A DNA stretch of 64,000 nucleotides from Bacteroidales bacterium. Its GTDB lineage: Bacteria > Bacteroidota > Bacteroidia > Bacteroidales > UBA932. Positions 18,959 to 28,970 of this stretch are shown here, piece by piece (the first letter of the stretch is position 1; each line of letters starts with the position of its first letter). The stretch spans positions 8,739 through 72,738 of the forward strand of contig JAILNI010000047.1 of NCBI GenBank assembly GCA_024691765.1, given 5' to 3'. Both the position numbers and the translations under genes were made by a program. A model generated the notes under the pieces. The model searched no databases. It saw only the letters and a program-made list of their open reading frames with translations, and had not been told where the DNA came from.

Positions 18959-21510
18959 GGCTGCGGCCCTTCATAAAGGCCATTGCGACGCTGCTGCTCC
19001 TGCTTGCGGGGGTGGCGGCCGCATCTGCACAGACCACCAAGGTCCGCGGACGGGTGACCGACGAATCGGGGCAGGGTATCCCCTTTGTCGCCGTCTACTT
19101 CGACGGCACCACCGTCGGCATCACCACCGACCTCGACGGCTACTACAACCTCGAAAACCGCAATCTCTCCGACAAGGTGCTGACGGCCCAGCTCCTCGGT
19201 TACGACAGCCAGAGCAGGACCGTCCGGCCGGGGGCCTTCTCCACCGTCAACTTCTGCCTTCGTCTGTCCGACAACCGCCTGGCCGGAGCGCACGTGAAGG
19301 CCGACAACAAGAAGGCGCGGCGTCTCCTTGCGAACATAAACGCCGCCCGCTCCCGCAACAACCCCGAGCTCCACGAGAAGTACAAGGTTCGCTTCTACAA
19401 CAAGATGGAACTGGACCTCACCCATCCGGAAACGCAGCTGCAGGGGGCTGTGCTGCGGAAAAAGTTCGACTTTGTGTTCGATTACATCGACACGTCTGCG
19501 GTAAGCGGAGTGCCATATCTGCCCGTGATGATCTCGGAAACAGTGGCGGTGAAGGAGCACACCAATAACCCTTCGGCCACGTCCGAACACATCGAGGCCA
19601 ACCGCATAAGCGGAGTGAACCCCGACATGAACCTGCTCAGCCAGTTCACCGGGAGCATGCACCTGAAGGTCAACTTCTACAACGACTTCATCAATGCCTT
19701 CGACGTGCAGTTCCCCTCGCCCATAATGCCCTCAGCCCTGCTCTACTACAACTACTATATCATTGATTCACTGATGGTTGACGGGCGCAAGACGCTGGTG
19801 GTGAGGTATCATCCCAAGCCCCTCGTGTCCACCCCCGCCTTCGACGGGGAGATGCGCATCGACGCCGAGGATTTCGCCCTGCAGAGCATAAAGGCCACCA
19901 TGAAGAACGAGGTCAACGTGAACTGGCTGAGAGACTTCGTGGTGGAGGCGAACTACAGACGCATGCCGGATTCGACCTGGTTCTACAAATCCGACGGTTT
20001 CTATGCCGACTTCAGCATGACTATGCGCGACTCCAGCAAGGTCCTCTCGTTCATAGGACGGCGCTCGCTCACATACGACGAGCCGGAGTTCGACTTCGTG
20101 CCCACGGTGCGCCGGAGTGACGGCCCCGTAAAGGTGGCGCAGGACGCTGGCCACATGGATGAGGCCTACTGGCAGAGCGTGCGGCCGTCGCCCCTTACCG
20201 AGAAGGAGCAGGACGTTTACAAGATGGTGGACGAAGTGAAGAGCCTGCCCATCTACAGGAACCTTTACACGCTGACCTACACGCTCGTAAACGGATACTG
20301 GGACATAGGGGCCGTGGGTGTGGGGCCGTTCTATCAGCTAATCAGCTACAGCGACCTCGAAGGGTGGCGCCCCTATATCGGCCTCCGCACGTCGAAGGAC
20401 TGGAGCAAGAAGGACCGCTTCACCGTGTTCGGGGCGTACGGCACCCACGACCGTCAGTTCAAGGGAGGCTTCAAATGGGAGCATCTGGTCTCGCGCGAAC
20501 CGTGGATCAAGCTGGAGGCGAGGGCGAAATACGACATCTTCCAGATAGGAGCGGGAGACAATGCCATAGTTGAGGGGAACATGTTCGCCAGCATGTTCGG
20601 AGGCAGCCACGGCACCCGGCCATGCTACATGTCGGAGTTCCGCGGCAGCATCGCCCGGGAGGTGAACCCCTCGTTCGAGTACAGGGCGATGGCGCGCTTC
20701 CGCCGCTTCTACGCCACGGGAGACAGGTACGTGCCGATGATTGCGCCCGACGGCAGCCTGATTCCGAGTGTGGCGGTGAACGAGCTGAGGCTGACCGCAC
20801 GCTTCACGAAGGACGAGACAGTGAACAAGGGCTACTTCATGAAGCACAGCCTCCACAGCAAATGGCCCATGGTGGAGCTGAGCCTGTCGGGTAGCATTCC
20901 GGGGCTGAGGAAGGGAGACGTGGGCTATCTGCAGCCAGAGCTGGCCCTGCACTGGAAGCTCCGCACTCCGCCTTTCGGCATGAGCGACATCTGGGCCGAC
21001 GCCGGCACCATAATCGGACAGGTGCCCTATCCGATGCTGCACGTGCACGAGGGGAACAGCACCCGTCTGCTCAACAAACAGAGCTTCAGCTGCCTGGACT
21101 TCTTCGAGTTCGCATCCGACACCTGGGCAACCCTCTTCTGGTACCACTCTCTGGGGGGATATCTTTTCGGAAAGATTCCGCTGGTGCGAGAGCTCAAACT
21201 GCGCGAGGAATTCTCGTTCCGGGCCACCTGGGGGCAGCTCTCCGAGCGCAACGACGGCAATCCGACCCACTTCGGCGGCGTGGCCTCTGCGGTGAAGGCC
21301 CCTATGCTCTTCCCGCTGGTCTATCCCGGCGATGCGTCCAAGGCCGGAATCTATATGGGATCGCTCGGGAAAACGCCTTACATGGAGGCGGGAGTGGGAA
21401 TCAGCAACATCCTGAGTTTCCTGCGCGTAGACTGCTTCTGGCGCCTCACCTACCGCGACGACCCCACCCGCAACTTCGCCTGGAACATAGGCGCGGAGTT
21501 CAGGTTCTAA
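18955..21510 (+). CDS. DUF5686 + carboxypeptidase-regulatory-like domain outer-membrane protein
   Basis: N-terminal VRGRVTDESGQGIPFVAV domain; PYMEAGVGISNI...LRVD and terminal Phe. Confidence 0.85.
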   Translation: MRLRPFIKAIATLLLLLAGVAAASAQTTKVRGRVTDESGQGIPFVAVYFDGTTVGITTDLDGYYNLENRNLSDKVLTAQLLGYDSQSRTVRPGAFSTVNFCLRLSDNRLAGAHVKADNKKARRLLANINAARSRNNPELHEKYKVRFYNKMELDLTHPETQLQGAVLRKKFDFVFDYIDTSAVSGVPYLPVMISETVAVKEHTNNPSATSEHIEANRISGVNPDMNLLSQFTGSMHLKVNFYNDFINAFDVQFPSPIMPSALLYYNYYIIDSLMVDGRKTLVVRYHPKPLVSTPAFDGEMRIDAEDFALQSIKATMKNEVNVNWLRDFVVEANYRRMPDSTWFYKSDGFYADFSMTMRDSSKVLSFIGRRSLTYDEPEFDFVPTVRRSDGPVKVAQDAGHMDEAYWQSVRPSPLTEKEQDVYKMVDEVKSLPIYRNLYTLTYTLVNGYWDIGAVGVGPFYQLISYSDLEGWRPYIGLRTSKDWSKKDRFTVFGAYGTHDRQFKGGFKWEHLVSREPWIKLEARAKYDIFQIGAGDNAIVEGNMFASMFGGSHGTRPCYMSEFRGSIAREVNPSFEYRAMARFRRFYATGDRYVPMIAPDGSLIPSVAVNELRLTARFTKDETVNKGYFMKHSLHSKWPMVELSLSGSIPGLRKGDVGYLQPELALHWKLRTPPFGMSDIWADAGTIIGQVPYPMLHVHEGNSTRLLNKQSFSCLDFFEFASDTWATLFWYHSLGGYLFGKIPLVRELKLREEFSFRATWGQLSERNDGNPTHFGGVASAVKAPMLFPLVYPGDASKAGIYMGSLGKTPYMEAGVGISNILSFLRVDCFWRLTYRDDPTRNFAWNIGAEFRF

Positions 21511-21522
21511 GGGGAGTGGGGT

Positions 21523-23029
21523 TTAATTCAGGCGATAATAGCTGGTGACCACAGAGCCGGAATACTCGGTGAGCTCTGTCAATGACACGTTGCCGGTTTC
21601 GATTTCCACAAGGAAGACCACGTTAGTGGCGTTTCTGGTCATGCCATTGATGGTGAAATAGTCTCCGCCGGAATAATGGCAGTAGCCGGATACAGGTTTC
21701 CCGCAATCGACAGAATCCCATTTAATATCAACGGTTTTGATTGTCTTTGTGTAGAGATCGTATGTTATGACCCTGTCGAGGCTGAAATCCCGGGATATCC
21801 CATTTTCGTCATATTTCTCATACTCCTGCGGAAAACCGTTCGGATATCCTTCGACAGTCATCGAATTGTTGTCAGGGGAGATATAAACCGTAAAACCGTT
21901 GGCGTAAACGATGCGACCCTCTTCACTGACAACCTCCCTGTACTTTTCTCCGTATCCGTATGTGAATGAATTATTTATGTTTTCAGTAGATGCGGTGCAT
22001 ACTGCTTCGATGTCAAGGATGTCCGCATCTTTTTTTTATCCTGTAGAGGGTGAATGTCTTTCCACTTGTATAGAGGAGATATCCACCCCTGCCGCCTGAA
22101 AGACACATGCTACTTTTCCAACTGTAGCCAGATAAGAATGATTTGAATTCGTCGGAATAATCAAGATAATATGGAGTCAATGTGAAATCGAAAGACCAGA
22201 CTCCTTCAAGAGATGATTGTGCATTGTCTGAAGGGAGAAACACCATCGTATCATCGTCGAGACGGAAGAATCCCCATGGTTGGCCGTCTGCGAAATTGAA
22301 ATCAGTATGAATAAAATCCAGATGATTACCTTCATCAGACAAGATAACAACACCATCTAGAACTATGGCGATTTTCTTTCCGTCACTGGACTCTCTTATT
22401 TCTGTATACTCGTGCGGAAGCAATTCGTATTGGCTTCGGAACAGTGCTCCATCGGAAAGACGCAGGATATAGCCACCATGAAGACTATTAATAATTGGGG
22501 TAACCATATCGATGATATACTGCCTGTCTGTTATGACAACGTTTTCTGCTACGGAAACGGAATCGGCAGGATCTCCCATCACTATTGTTACTTCATGCGC
22601 TTCTTCTTCCTCTTCCGGTTCTGTCCACTCGCACACTGCTTCCACATCATCAAGATGAAGGTAATTGCCGGTTATCGGCGAGAGGCTTCTTGGAACAAGT
22701 GTTATGGACTTCACCACCTTGCGCCATGTCGTATCTTCCACGTCGGCATACAGGTCGAAAGATGCAAGCTCCACGTTGCCTTCGCTGTCTATGACGCACA
22801 CGCGGTCAACAGGTGCGTCTCCGGCCTTGGTAAGGGGCTTCCCGTTTACCGTTTTCATGATGGCAATCGCCTCCACCCCTTCCATATCCATCTTGGTGAA
22901 CCGGATTTCACTTGGGACGGCCGGCAGCTTATGATTGCTTTTCTTACCAGAATCTGCGTTTTCGGAAGGTTTGCAACCTGATACAAGAACGGACAAGATT
23001 AAAAGGAATAGAGGCAGATGCTTTTTCAT
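21523..23029 (-). pseudogene. Lipoprotein interrupted by a frameshift at an A8 tract (22030-22037)
   Basis: Lipobox VSGC. Removing one A from the A8 run joins ORF 22013-23083 to the open frame continuing into ORF 21523-21861. Confidence 0.7.
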
Positions 23030-23072
23030 TGGTAACGTGGTTCTAATTGATTGCAAAGTTAAGACTATCCAT

Positions 23073-23585
23073 TTAAATCGCAAATCTCCTTACTTCAGCG
23101 ATGATTGCGTTGATCTCTTCCAAGGGAATCGGGAGATACAGGGGTGATTCCGATTCGTTCAGAGTGTCGCTTCGAAGTTCCCCGAAAGCAATTATGTCCA
23201 GCATATCTTTTGGGGAGACTACTCGGCCGTTTTTGGGGAAATGTTTCAGATTTCCTGTTACTAGATACGAGTCGTCGCGAGACAGGGCAACCTCGTAGAA
23301 AACGATGTCATCGGGATCCGTGAGAACCTCAGCAACGGAGACCTTATCGCAATTAATACCGTTTTGGGTGATTAAAGAGAGTGTCTTTTCAATAAGGTCT
23401 TTGTTGAATTCAAATCTCTCCCTGTGCAAAACCTCAATGTATTCCGCCATGATATCGGCGTTATACATCGGAATCAAATGGTCGCTCCTAATAACATCAA
23501 AGATTTTAACAACCGGGGAATCAGGATTTTTTGTAAGCATTGACGATACTAGGACATTCGTATCGAGTACTGCGTAGTATTTCAT
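23073..23585 (-). CDS. PIN-domain toxin (putative TA toxin, TIGR00305-like)
   Basis: AVLDTNVLVS, DPDDIVFYEVAL and LVTGNLKHFP. Confidence 0.9.
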   Translation of the reverse strand: MKYYAVLDTNVLVSSMLTKNPDSPVVKIFDVIRSDHLIPMYNADIMAEYIEVLHRERFEFNKDLIEKTLSLITQNGINCDKVSVAEVLTDPDDIVFYEVALSRDDSYLVTGNLKHFPKNGRVVSPKDMLDIIAFGELRSDTLNESESPLYLPIPLEEINAIIAEVRRFAI

Positions 23586-23908
23586 TTCTCGCCCTCCATT
23601 CTTTTTCTTCTTTCTTCGCGTACTTCCCTGATAACCTCGTTAATTTCTTCTAAACTCATTTCGGGAATTCCACGTCTTTGGACATCCGCCCTGATTTTGT
23701 CAAAGGTTTCTCCGAGTTCGCGCGCTCGTTTGAGGCGCTCTTTTTCTCCTTCAGATTCCACTTCGAAAGGAATCCGTTCCTGCTTGACGACGGTGCGGGC
23801 GAAGACGTTGAAGGCGGTGTTCGCGCTCATTCCGAAGTCTTTGCAGAGTTCGTCGAATCTCTTTTTTGTGTCCGAGTCCATTCGGACGGTAAATGCAGTC
23901 TGTGCCAT
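23582..23908 (-). CDS. RelB/DinJ family antitoxin
   Basis: VRMDSDTKKRFDELCKDFGMSANTAFNVFARTVVKQERIPFE; ATGA overlap with the PIN gene. Confidence 0.9.
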   Translation of the reverse strand: MAQTAFTVRMDSDTKKRFDELCKDFGMSANTAFNVFARTVVKQERIPFEVESEGEKERLKRARELGETFDKIRADVQRRGIPEMSLEEINEVIREVREERRKRMEGEK

Positions 23909-24035
23909 AATAGTAGTCTTTGGTTGCAAATATAATCATAATGATACCAATTTGCAACCAAAAAAAGTAATAAAGGCAGGGGACGGGATTTGCTCAGCAG
24001 CGAGCTGCTTCGCACATCCCGGGGGAGGGGGCTTT

Positions 24036-24167
24036 CAAGGCAACACGGCTATGGCTGCGGAGGCAGCCAGTTGGCCGTTTGTGTTTTCCTGACCTTACGA
24101 AAGCAAGCTTTCGACGGCTGGAAAACACAAACGGCCGGCACTTTCGTGCCAGCCGTGTTGCTCTTGA
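24036..24167. repeat. Branched inverted-repeat element abutting the tRNA-Gly 3' end
   Basis: GCAACACGGCT/AGCCGTGTTGC outer stem, GGCCGTTTGTGTTTTCC/GGAAAACACAAACGGCC inner stem, three small hairpins. Confidence 0.75.
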
Positions 24168-24239
24168 GCGGAAAACGGGATTCGGACCCGCGACCTCGAC
24201 CTTGGCAAGGTCGCGCTCTACCAACTGAGCTATTTCCGC
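24167..24239 (-). tRNA. tRNA-Gly(GCC)
   Basis: GCGGAAATAGCTCAGTTGGTAGAGCGCGACCTTGCCAAGGTCGAGGTCGCGGGTCCGAATCCCGTTTTCCGCT. Confidence 0.95.
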
Positions 24240-24362
24240 GTCGGGGCTGCAAATATAAAGCGAATTTTTTAATCCGCAAAATTTTTTTGCAGTTTCGGCT
24301 CACGTCGCCCGCATGGTCCTCTTACGAATAGCGTCCAAAACGTGAGTGGACGCGGCAGGCCT

Positions 24363-24824
24363 TTACTGACGGGCGTTGAAGTCGGCCTCGGTCTCGGCGA
24401 GAACGTTCATCTTGAACTTGCTGCCGGAGGTCTCGACGGCGTCGACCAGGATGTGGAGGCCTTTGTCCTTTTTGGTAATCTTGATGGTGCCGCTCTTGAT
24501 ATCCGGCTTGTACGATGCTCCGGACTGGGGATTGAACTCTTCGAAGAACTCGCCTTTCAGTTCGGTGGTCTTTCCTACCCAGCTCTTCGGGAATTCGCCA
24601 TGGCCGTGATAAACACTGTTTTTTGTGTCGCAATCGAGATGATAGGCGCCTTCCTGGTGTCCTTCGGCGTAAATCACCATTTCAAACTCGTAAGTGTTTC
24701 CTCCAAGGATCATGGTGTTGGTGACTTCCACTTCCTCCTCGTCCTTGTTGTCGCAGCTGCTGACTGCAAATACGAGCCCGGCCACGCAGGCCAGGGCAAG
24801 CATCATTGAGAATAGTTTTTTCAT
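24363..24824 (-). CDS. Hypothetical lipoprotein
   Basis: Lipobox VSSC followed by acidic DNKDEEE (Bacteroidota surface-export-like signal). Confidence 0.75.
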   Translation of the reverse strand: MKKLFSMMLALACVAGLVFAVSSCDNKDEEEVEVTNTMILGGNTYEFEMVIYAEGHQEGAYHLDCDTKNSVYHGHGEFPKSWVGKTTELKGEFFEEFNPQSGASYKPDIKSGTIKITKKDKGLHILVDAVETSGSKFKMNVLAETEADFNARQ

Positions 24825-24842
24825 ATTGATTTGGATTAAAAA

Positions 24843-26303
24843 TTATTTCACTATAGGATCGCAGGTGAGGCCGACGCCGAGCTTTTTGAAGACCTTTTTG
24901 TCGACTTCGCTCAGCATCACGGTGCAGTGCACCTGACAGCCCTTGAGCAGGGGAAGGGCCTCGAGCGCCTTCTTGCAGTTTTCGTCGAAGAGGCTGAGCA
25001 TGGAGATGGCCACCAGCACCTCGTCGGTATGCAGGCGGGGGTTGTGGCCGTGGAGGTAGCTCACCTTGGTCTTCTGTATGGGCTCGATCATGTTCTGCGG
25101 AATGAGCTTGACGCTGTGGGGTATGCCGGCAAGCTCCTTCGTGGCGTTGAGGATGAGGGCGGCGCTGGGGCCGAGAAGGGGGCTCGTCTCCGCCGAGATG
25201 ATGGTGCCGTCTTCGAGTTCGATGGCGGCCGAGGCCACTCCGGACTTCTCCTTGCGCTCGCGGGCGGCCGCTATGCATTTGCGGTAGCCCGGGTCGATAC
25301 CTGCCTGCTTGAGAAGAAGCGAAATCTTGTTCACCTCGGCGTCGGACCCGTGGGCGGTGGCCAGGTCGCAGAGCGCGGTAAAGTAGCGGCGTATCACCTC
25401 GTTGCGGGCCGCGTCGCAGCAAACCTGGTCGTCGCTGATGCAGAATCCCACCATGTTCACGCCCATGTCGGTTGGCGACTTGTAGGGATTCTCCCCGTAG
25501 ATGCCCTCGAAGATGGCGTTCATCACCGGGAAAATCTCGATGTCGCGGTTGTAGTTCACCGCCATCTTGCCGTAGGCCTCCAGATGGAAGGGGTCTATCA
25601 TGTTCACGTCGTCCAGATCGGCCGTAGCCGCTTCGTAGGCGATGTTAACGGGATGCTTGAGCGGAAGGTTCCACACCGGGAAGGTCTCGAACTTCGCGTA
25701 TCCGGCCTTCACTCCCCTCTGGTTCTCCTGGTAGAGCTGGCTGAGGCACACCGCCATCTTGCCGCTCCCGGGGCCGGGGGCCGTCACCACCACGAGAGGC
25801 TTGCTCGTCTCGACGAAATCATTCTTCCCGAAGCCCTCGTCCGAATCTATGAGCGCCACGTTCTGCGGGTAGCCGGGAATGGTGTGGTGGTAATAGACCT
25901 TAATACCCAGATGCTCGAGGCGCTGACGGTAGATGTCGGCGCCCGCCTGGCCGTTGTAGTGGGTGATGACCACAGCGCTGACGTTCATATCCCTCTGGAT
26001 GAACTCCTGACGCAGCCGCAGCACGTCCATATCGTAAGTGATGCCGAGGTCGGAGCGTATCTTGTTCTTCTCGATGTCGACGGCGCTCACCACTATCACC
26101 ACTTCGAGGTCGTCCCTGAGCTGCATGAGCATCTGCAACTTGATGTCCGGCTCGAATCCGGGGAGCACCCGGCTGGCGTGGAGGTCGTCGAAGAGTTTGC
26201 CGCCCACTTCCATGTAGAGCTTGTCGCCGAAACGGGCGATTCTCTCCTTGATGTGTTCCGACTGGATTTTAAGGTATTTTGCGCTGTCGAACCCGTACTT
26301 CAT
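24843..26303 (-). CDS. DUF1846 (UPF0371) protein
   Basis: GGKLFDDLHASRVLPGF, GPGSGKMA and GYAKFETFPVWN. Confidence 0.92.
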   Translation of the reverse strand: MKYGFDSAKYLKIQSEHIKERIARFGDKLYMEVGGKLFDDLHASRVLPGFEPDIKLQMLMQLRDDLEVVIVVSAVDIEKNKIRSDLGITYDMDVLRLRQEFIQRDMNVSAVVITHYNGQAGADIYRQRLEHLGIKVYYHHTIPGYPQNVALIDSDEGFGKNDFVETSKPLVVVTAPGPGSGKMAVCLSQLYQENQRGVKAGYAKFETFPVWNLPLKHPVNIAYEAATADLDDVNMIDPFHLEAYGKMAVNYNRDIEIFPVMNAIFEGIYGENPYKSPTDMGVNMVGFCISDDQVCCDAARNEVIRRYFTALCDLATAHGSDAEVNKISLLLKQAGIDPGYRKCIAAARERKEKSGVASAAIELEDGTIISAETSPLLGPSAALILNATKELAGIPHSVKLIPQNMIEPIQKTKVSYLHGHNPRLHTDEVLVAISMLSLFDENCKKALEALPLLKGCQVHCTVMLSEVDKKVFKKLGVGLTCDPIVK

Positions 26304-26378
26304 ACGCTTGATGGATTATCGTTCGTACGGGTTACAAAGGTAGTAAAAAATCGGAATCCTTTTTTGTATCTTTGCGTG

Positions 26379-27059
26379 ATGAAACGATTTTTTGCACTTC
26401 TTCTCCTGCTGGCGGGCCCTGCGGCGCTCGCACAGCCGAAACATCTCACCGTAAAGGAATTCCTTCGCCTTTCTCAGAAGGACACCACCAGCTACGCCGT
26501 CAGCGGGGTCGTGACGCGGACCGGCAGCAGCGCGCGCGGCAGTTTCTACATAAAGGACAGGACCGGCACCCTCTACGTCTACGGCATCAAGGATCCGGCG
26601 GACCCGGCCAGGTCGTTCAGGGATATGGACATAGTGCAGGGCGATACGGTGACGGTGCTCGGCCGTTTCACCATCTACAACGAGACGACCAAGGAGATGA
26701 AGGACGGGCGGCTTCTTTCCAAATCGGACGGCCCCGACCACGACAAACCGCTGAAAGACCGCCTCGAGCGCAAGCCAAGCTTCAAGGGCAAGTCGGGAGA
26801 CGAGGGGCTGGATGCCTTCAGGCAGTGGGTGCAGGCCCGGATCGTGCCTCCAGCCGACGGGGCCAAGGGCAAGGTGCAGGTGCGTTTCGTAGTGGGCCGC
26901 AACGGAGGCGTGCAGGAGGTGCAGATAGCCAAAGGAGCCTCTTCGTCGCTTAACGAAGAGGCCCTCAGGGTGGTTAAGAGTTCGCCGAAGTGGAAGCCGG
27001 CCGTAATGGACGGCAATCCGATCCGGACCAACTGTTACGTAACGGTAACGTTCGAATAG
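26379..27059 (+). CDS. TonB C-terminal domain protein with N-terminal OB-fold-like domain
   Basis: True start at 26379 inside the long ORF (MKRFFALLLL signal peptide); GKVQVRFVV...EEALRVVKSSPKWKPA TonB_C. Confidence 0.75.
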   Translation: MKRFFALLLLLAGPAALAQPKHLTVKEFLRLSQKDTTSYAVSGVVTRTGSSARGSFYIKDRTGTLYVYGIKDPADPARSFRDMDIVQGDTVTVLGRFTIYNETTKEMKDGRLLSKSDGPDHDKPLKDRLERKPSFKGKSGDEGLDAFRQWVQARIVPPADGAKGKVQVRFVVGRNGGVQEVQIAKGASSSLNEEALRVVKSSPKWKPAVMDGNPIRTNCYVTVTFE

Positions 27060-27062
27060 AGG

Positions 27063-27737
27063 CTATCTCCTTTCCTTGCCCCGCTCGTCGTAATAGTGGT
27101 CGCGGCCTGCGCGGGTGCAGCGGATAAGACCGTTGTCCATGAGTTCCACGCGGTCGCCCCAGACATTGGTGAGCCTGTCGCCTTCGCGGTCGTATACCCT
27201 CCACGAGCTGCTGAAGCGCACGCAATAAAGGCCGTTTGGCCAGAGGCGGATGTCGTGGCCGGAGATGGTGGTGTAGTCGCCGCGCCAGTCGTAGATGCGC
27301 CAGAGGTCGCCGTTGCGCACCATGTAGTTGCCGTCGCCGAGAAGGATTACGTCTTCTCCGCCGACGACGCGGTCGCCCTTGGGATCAAGGACGGAGACGC
27401 GGCCGTTGCTGAGCCTGACGTGGCAGCCGTTCCAGAGTTCTTGCCACTCATGGGTGCAGCGGACCTCCGGGGGAGGAACAGCCGGGCCGCCGGGAACTCC
27501 CGGGCCGGGGGCGGGGGCTACGTACGGACGGCCCTTCAGGGCACCGCGGCCGGATCTGCCGTCGCGTCCGAATCTGCTGTCGCGGCCACCTCTGCCGTTA
27601 CGGTCGTTCCTTCCGGGTTCATAACGTTCGTTTCTGCCTCCCCTGCCGGGGTCGTAGGGATCGTGCCCACCGCGGGGCTGTGCGGATGCGCCGACAACCA
27701 TCAGCAGCATCGAGAATATCAAGAGAATCTGTTTCAT
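27063..27737 (-). CDS. Secreted hypothetical protein with RG-rich region and ~33-aa WG-like beta repeats
   Basis: Signal peptide MKQILL...ASAQ; repeated WR[IV]YDxxGD units. Confidence 0.65.
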   Translation of the reverse strand: MKQILLIFSMLLMVVGASAQPRGGHDPYDPGRGGRNERYEPGRNDRNGRGGRDSRFGRDGRSGRGALKGRPYVAPAPGPGVPGGPAVPPPEVRCTHEWQELWNGCHVRLSNGRVSVLDPKGDRVVGGEDVILLGDGNYMVRNGDLWRIYDWRGDYTTISGHDIRLWPNGLYCVRFSSSWRVYDREGDRLTNVWGDRVELMDNGLIRCTRAGRDHYYDERGKERR

Positions 27738-27869
27738 AACCTGTCTGTTACTGTGCGGGGAGAGTGACTCGCGCACCAGTGCAAATTTCGCTATTTTTTC
27801 GGACATTCATTGAATCTATTTCAAATTATTCTTAACTTTGAACCCCGGTTAAATCAATCGGGGTTTTTC

Positions 27870-28970
27870 ATGTTCAGCTCCAATCGAAACGCAAGTCTGC
27901 ACTTTGCAGGCCTGCAGGAAGGCACAAGTATGTACGAACTGCGCGACCCACAGCTCACCAACAGGTACTTCATCTTAAGCGGCGAGGGCTCACGCCGGCT
28001 GATGGCCTCGCCTGAAGTCGTCGGCTTCGATTCCTACTCCGCCCTTCTCCCTGAAACCGTCACCGCCCTCCGTCACCTCTTCCCTTCCGGTTCGGAGGGC
28101 GACGTCGATATAATGACCATACTCCGCGGAGGCCTCAACTATCCCATCGAGGAAGCCTGCCATCACGTGGGGGTCCGCGTGCGCGACATGCACTTCGTGT
28201 CGTGCGAGCGAATAATCGAGCAGCAGGTGATAACGGGGCTTGAAATCAAGTACGAGAAACTCCGCATCACGCACGGGCGCACGTTAGTCATAGGAGACAT
28301 CATTGCGACCGGCGACACCCTCCGCATGTGCCTCGAGGAGGTGGTGGACCGTTTCCGCCGGAAGGGAGGCAGCATACGCAAGATTATCTTCTTCACCATA
28401 GGCGGCACCAGGGCCATCTCCCTCATGGAGAGGATGGCTGAACGCATAAGCGCGTATTTCCCCGAATTCGAAGGCTTCGAGTGCTTCTTCTACGAAGGGA
28501 TTTTCTCTGTCTACCGCGACAAGGGCGTTTCCGGAATCAACGTGCCTGACATCGACTTCGGATGGAAGGGAGGCGTGGTCTCCCCCGAATTCCGCCGTTC
28601 CGTCCTCGACCGTCCGGACTCCCTTTTCGAGAAGTGCATCATCTACGACGGAGGCGCACGCAGATACGAGATTCCGGTGCACTTCGAGGAGGTGCTGGAC
28701 TACTGGGAGGGGATACTTGAAAGGGCGGACGCGATTGACATGGAAGCGCTTGTGGACGAGAAACTGGGGTACGATGGTCCGCTGGAGTACGAAGAGTGGC
28801 TGGAACAGACGGGGCTGGAGGGGCTTCTTGCGGCCGGAGGGTCGGGAGACCTGAGGCGCCTCTGGGAGGACGAACAGAAGCTGCGCCGCGCCGCTGCCGG
28901 GCTGTCGCTCAGGGAGATTGCAGAGCGCAGGATCAGTGAAATCAAATCAATTTCGAGATATTATGAGTAA
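27870..28970 (+). CDS. Phosphoribosyltransferase-fold protein (uracil PRT-like, long form)
   Basis: ILRGGLNY and PRPP-binding LVIGDIIATGDT; coupled to codB. Confidence 0.7.
   Translation: MFSSNRNASLHFAGLQEGTSMYELRDPQLTNRYFILSGEGSRRLMASPEVVGFDSYSALLPETVTALRHLFPSGSEGDVDIMTILRGGLNYPIEEACHHVGVRVRDMHFVSCERIIEQQVITGLEIKYEKLRITHGRTLVIGDIIATGDTLRMCLEEVVDRFRRKGGSIRKIIFFTIGGTRAISLMERMAERISAYFPEFEGFECFFYEGIFSVYRDKGVSGINVPDIDFGWKGGVVSPEFRRSVLDRPDSLFEKCIIYDGGARRYEIPVHFEEVLDYWEGILERADAIDMEALVDEKLGYDGPLEYEEWLEQTGLEGLLAAGGSGDLRRLWEDEQKLRRAAAGLSLREIAERRISEIKSISRYYE

Noticed and set aside
21510-24167. Integrative element at tRNA-Gly or tRNA-Leu(CAA)
   Set aside because: No integrase and no duplicated tRNA 3' end (att) found by eye; only lower-GC islets
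24167-24239. tRNA-Gly T-loop GGTCCGA instead of GGTTCGA as a sign of pseudogenisation
   Set aside because: All stems pair and a promoter is present; treated as a tolerated variant
24927-26378. N-terminal ~480 aa of the 710-aa ORF
   Set aside because: Antisense to DUF1846; the real gene starts at 26379 after a TATCTTTG box with a signal peptide
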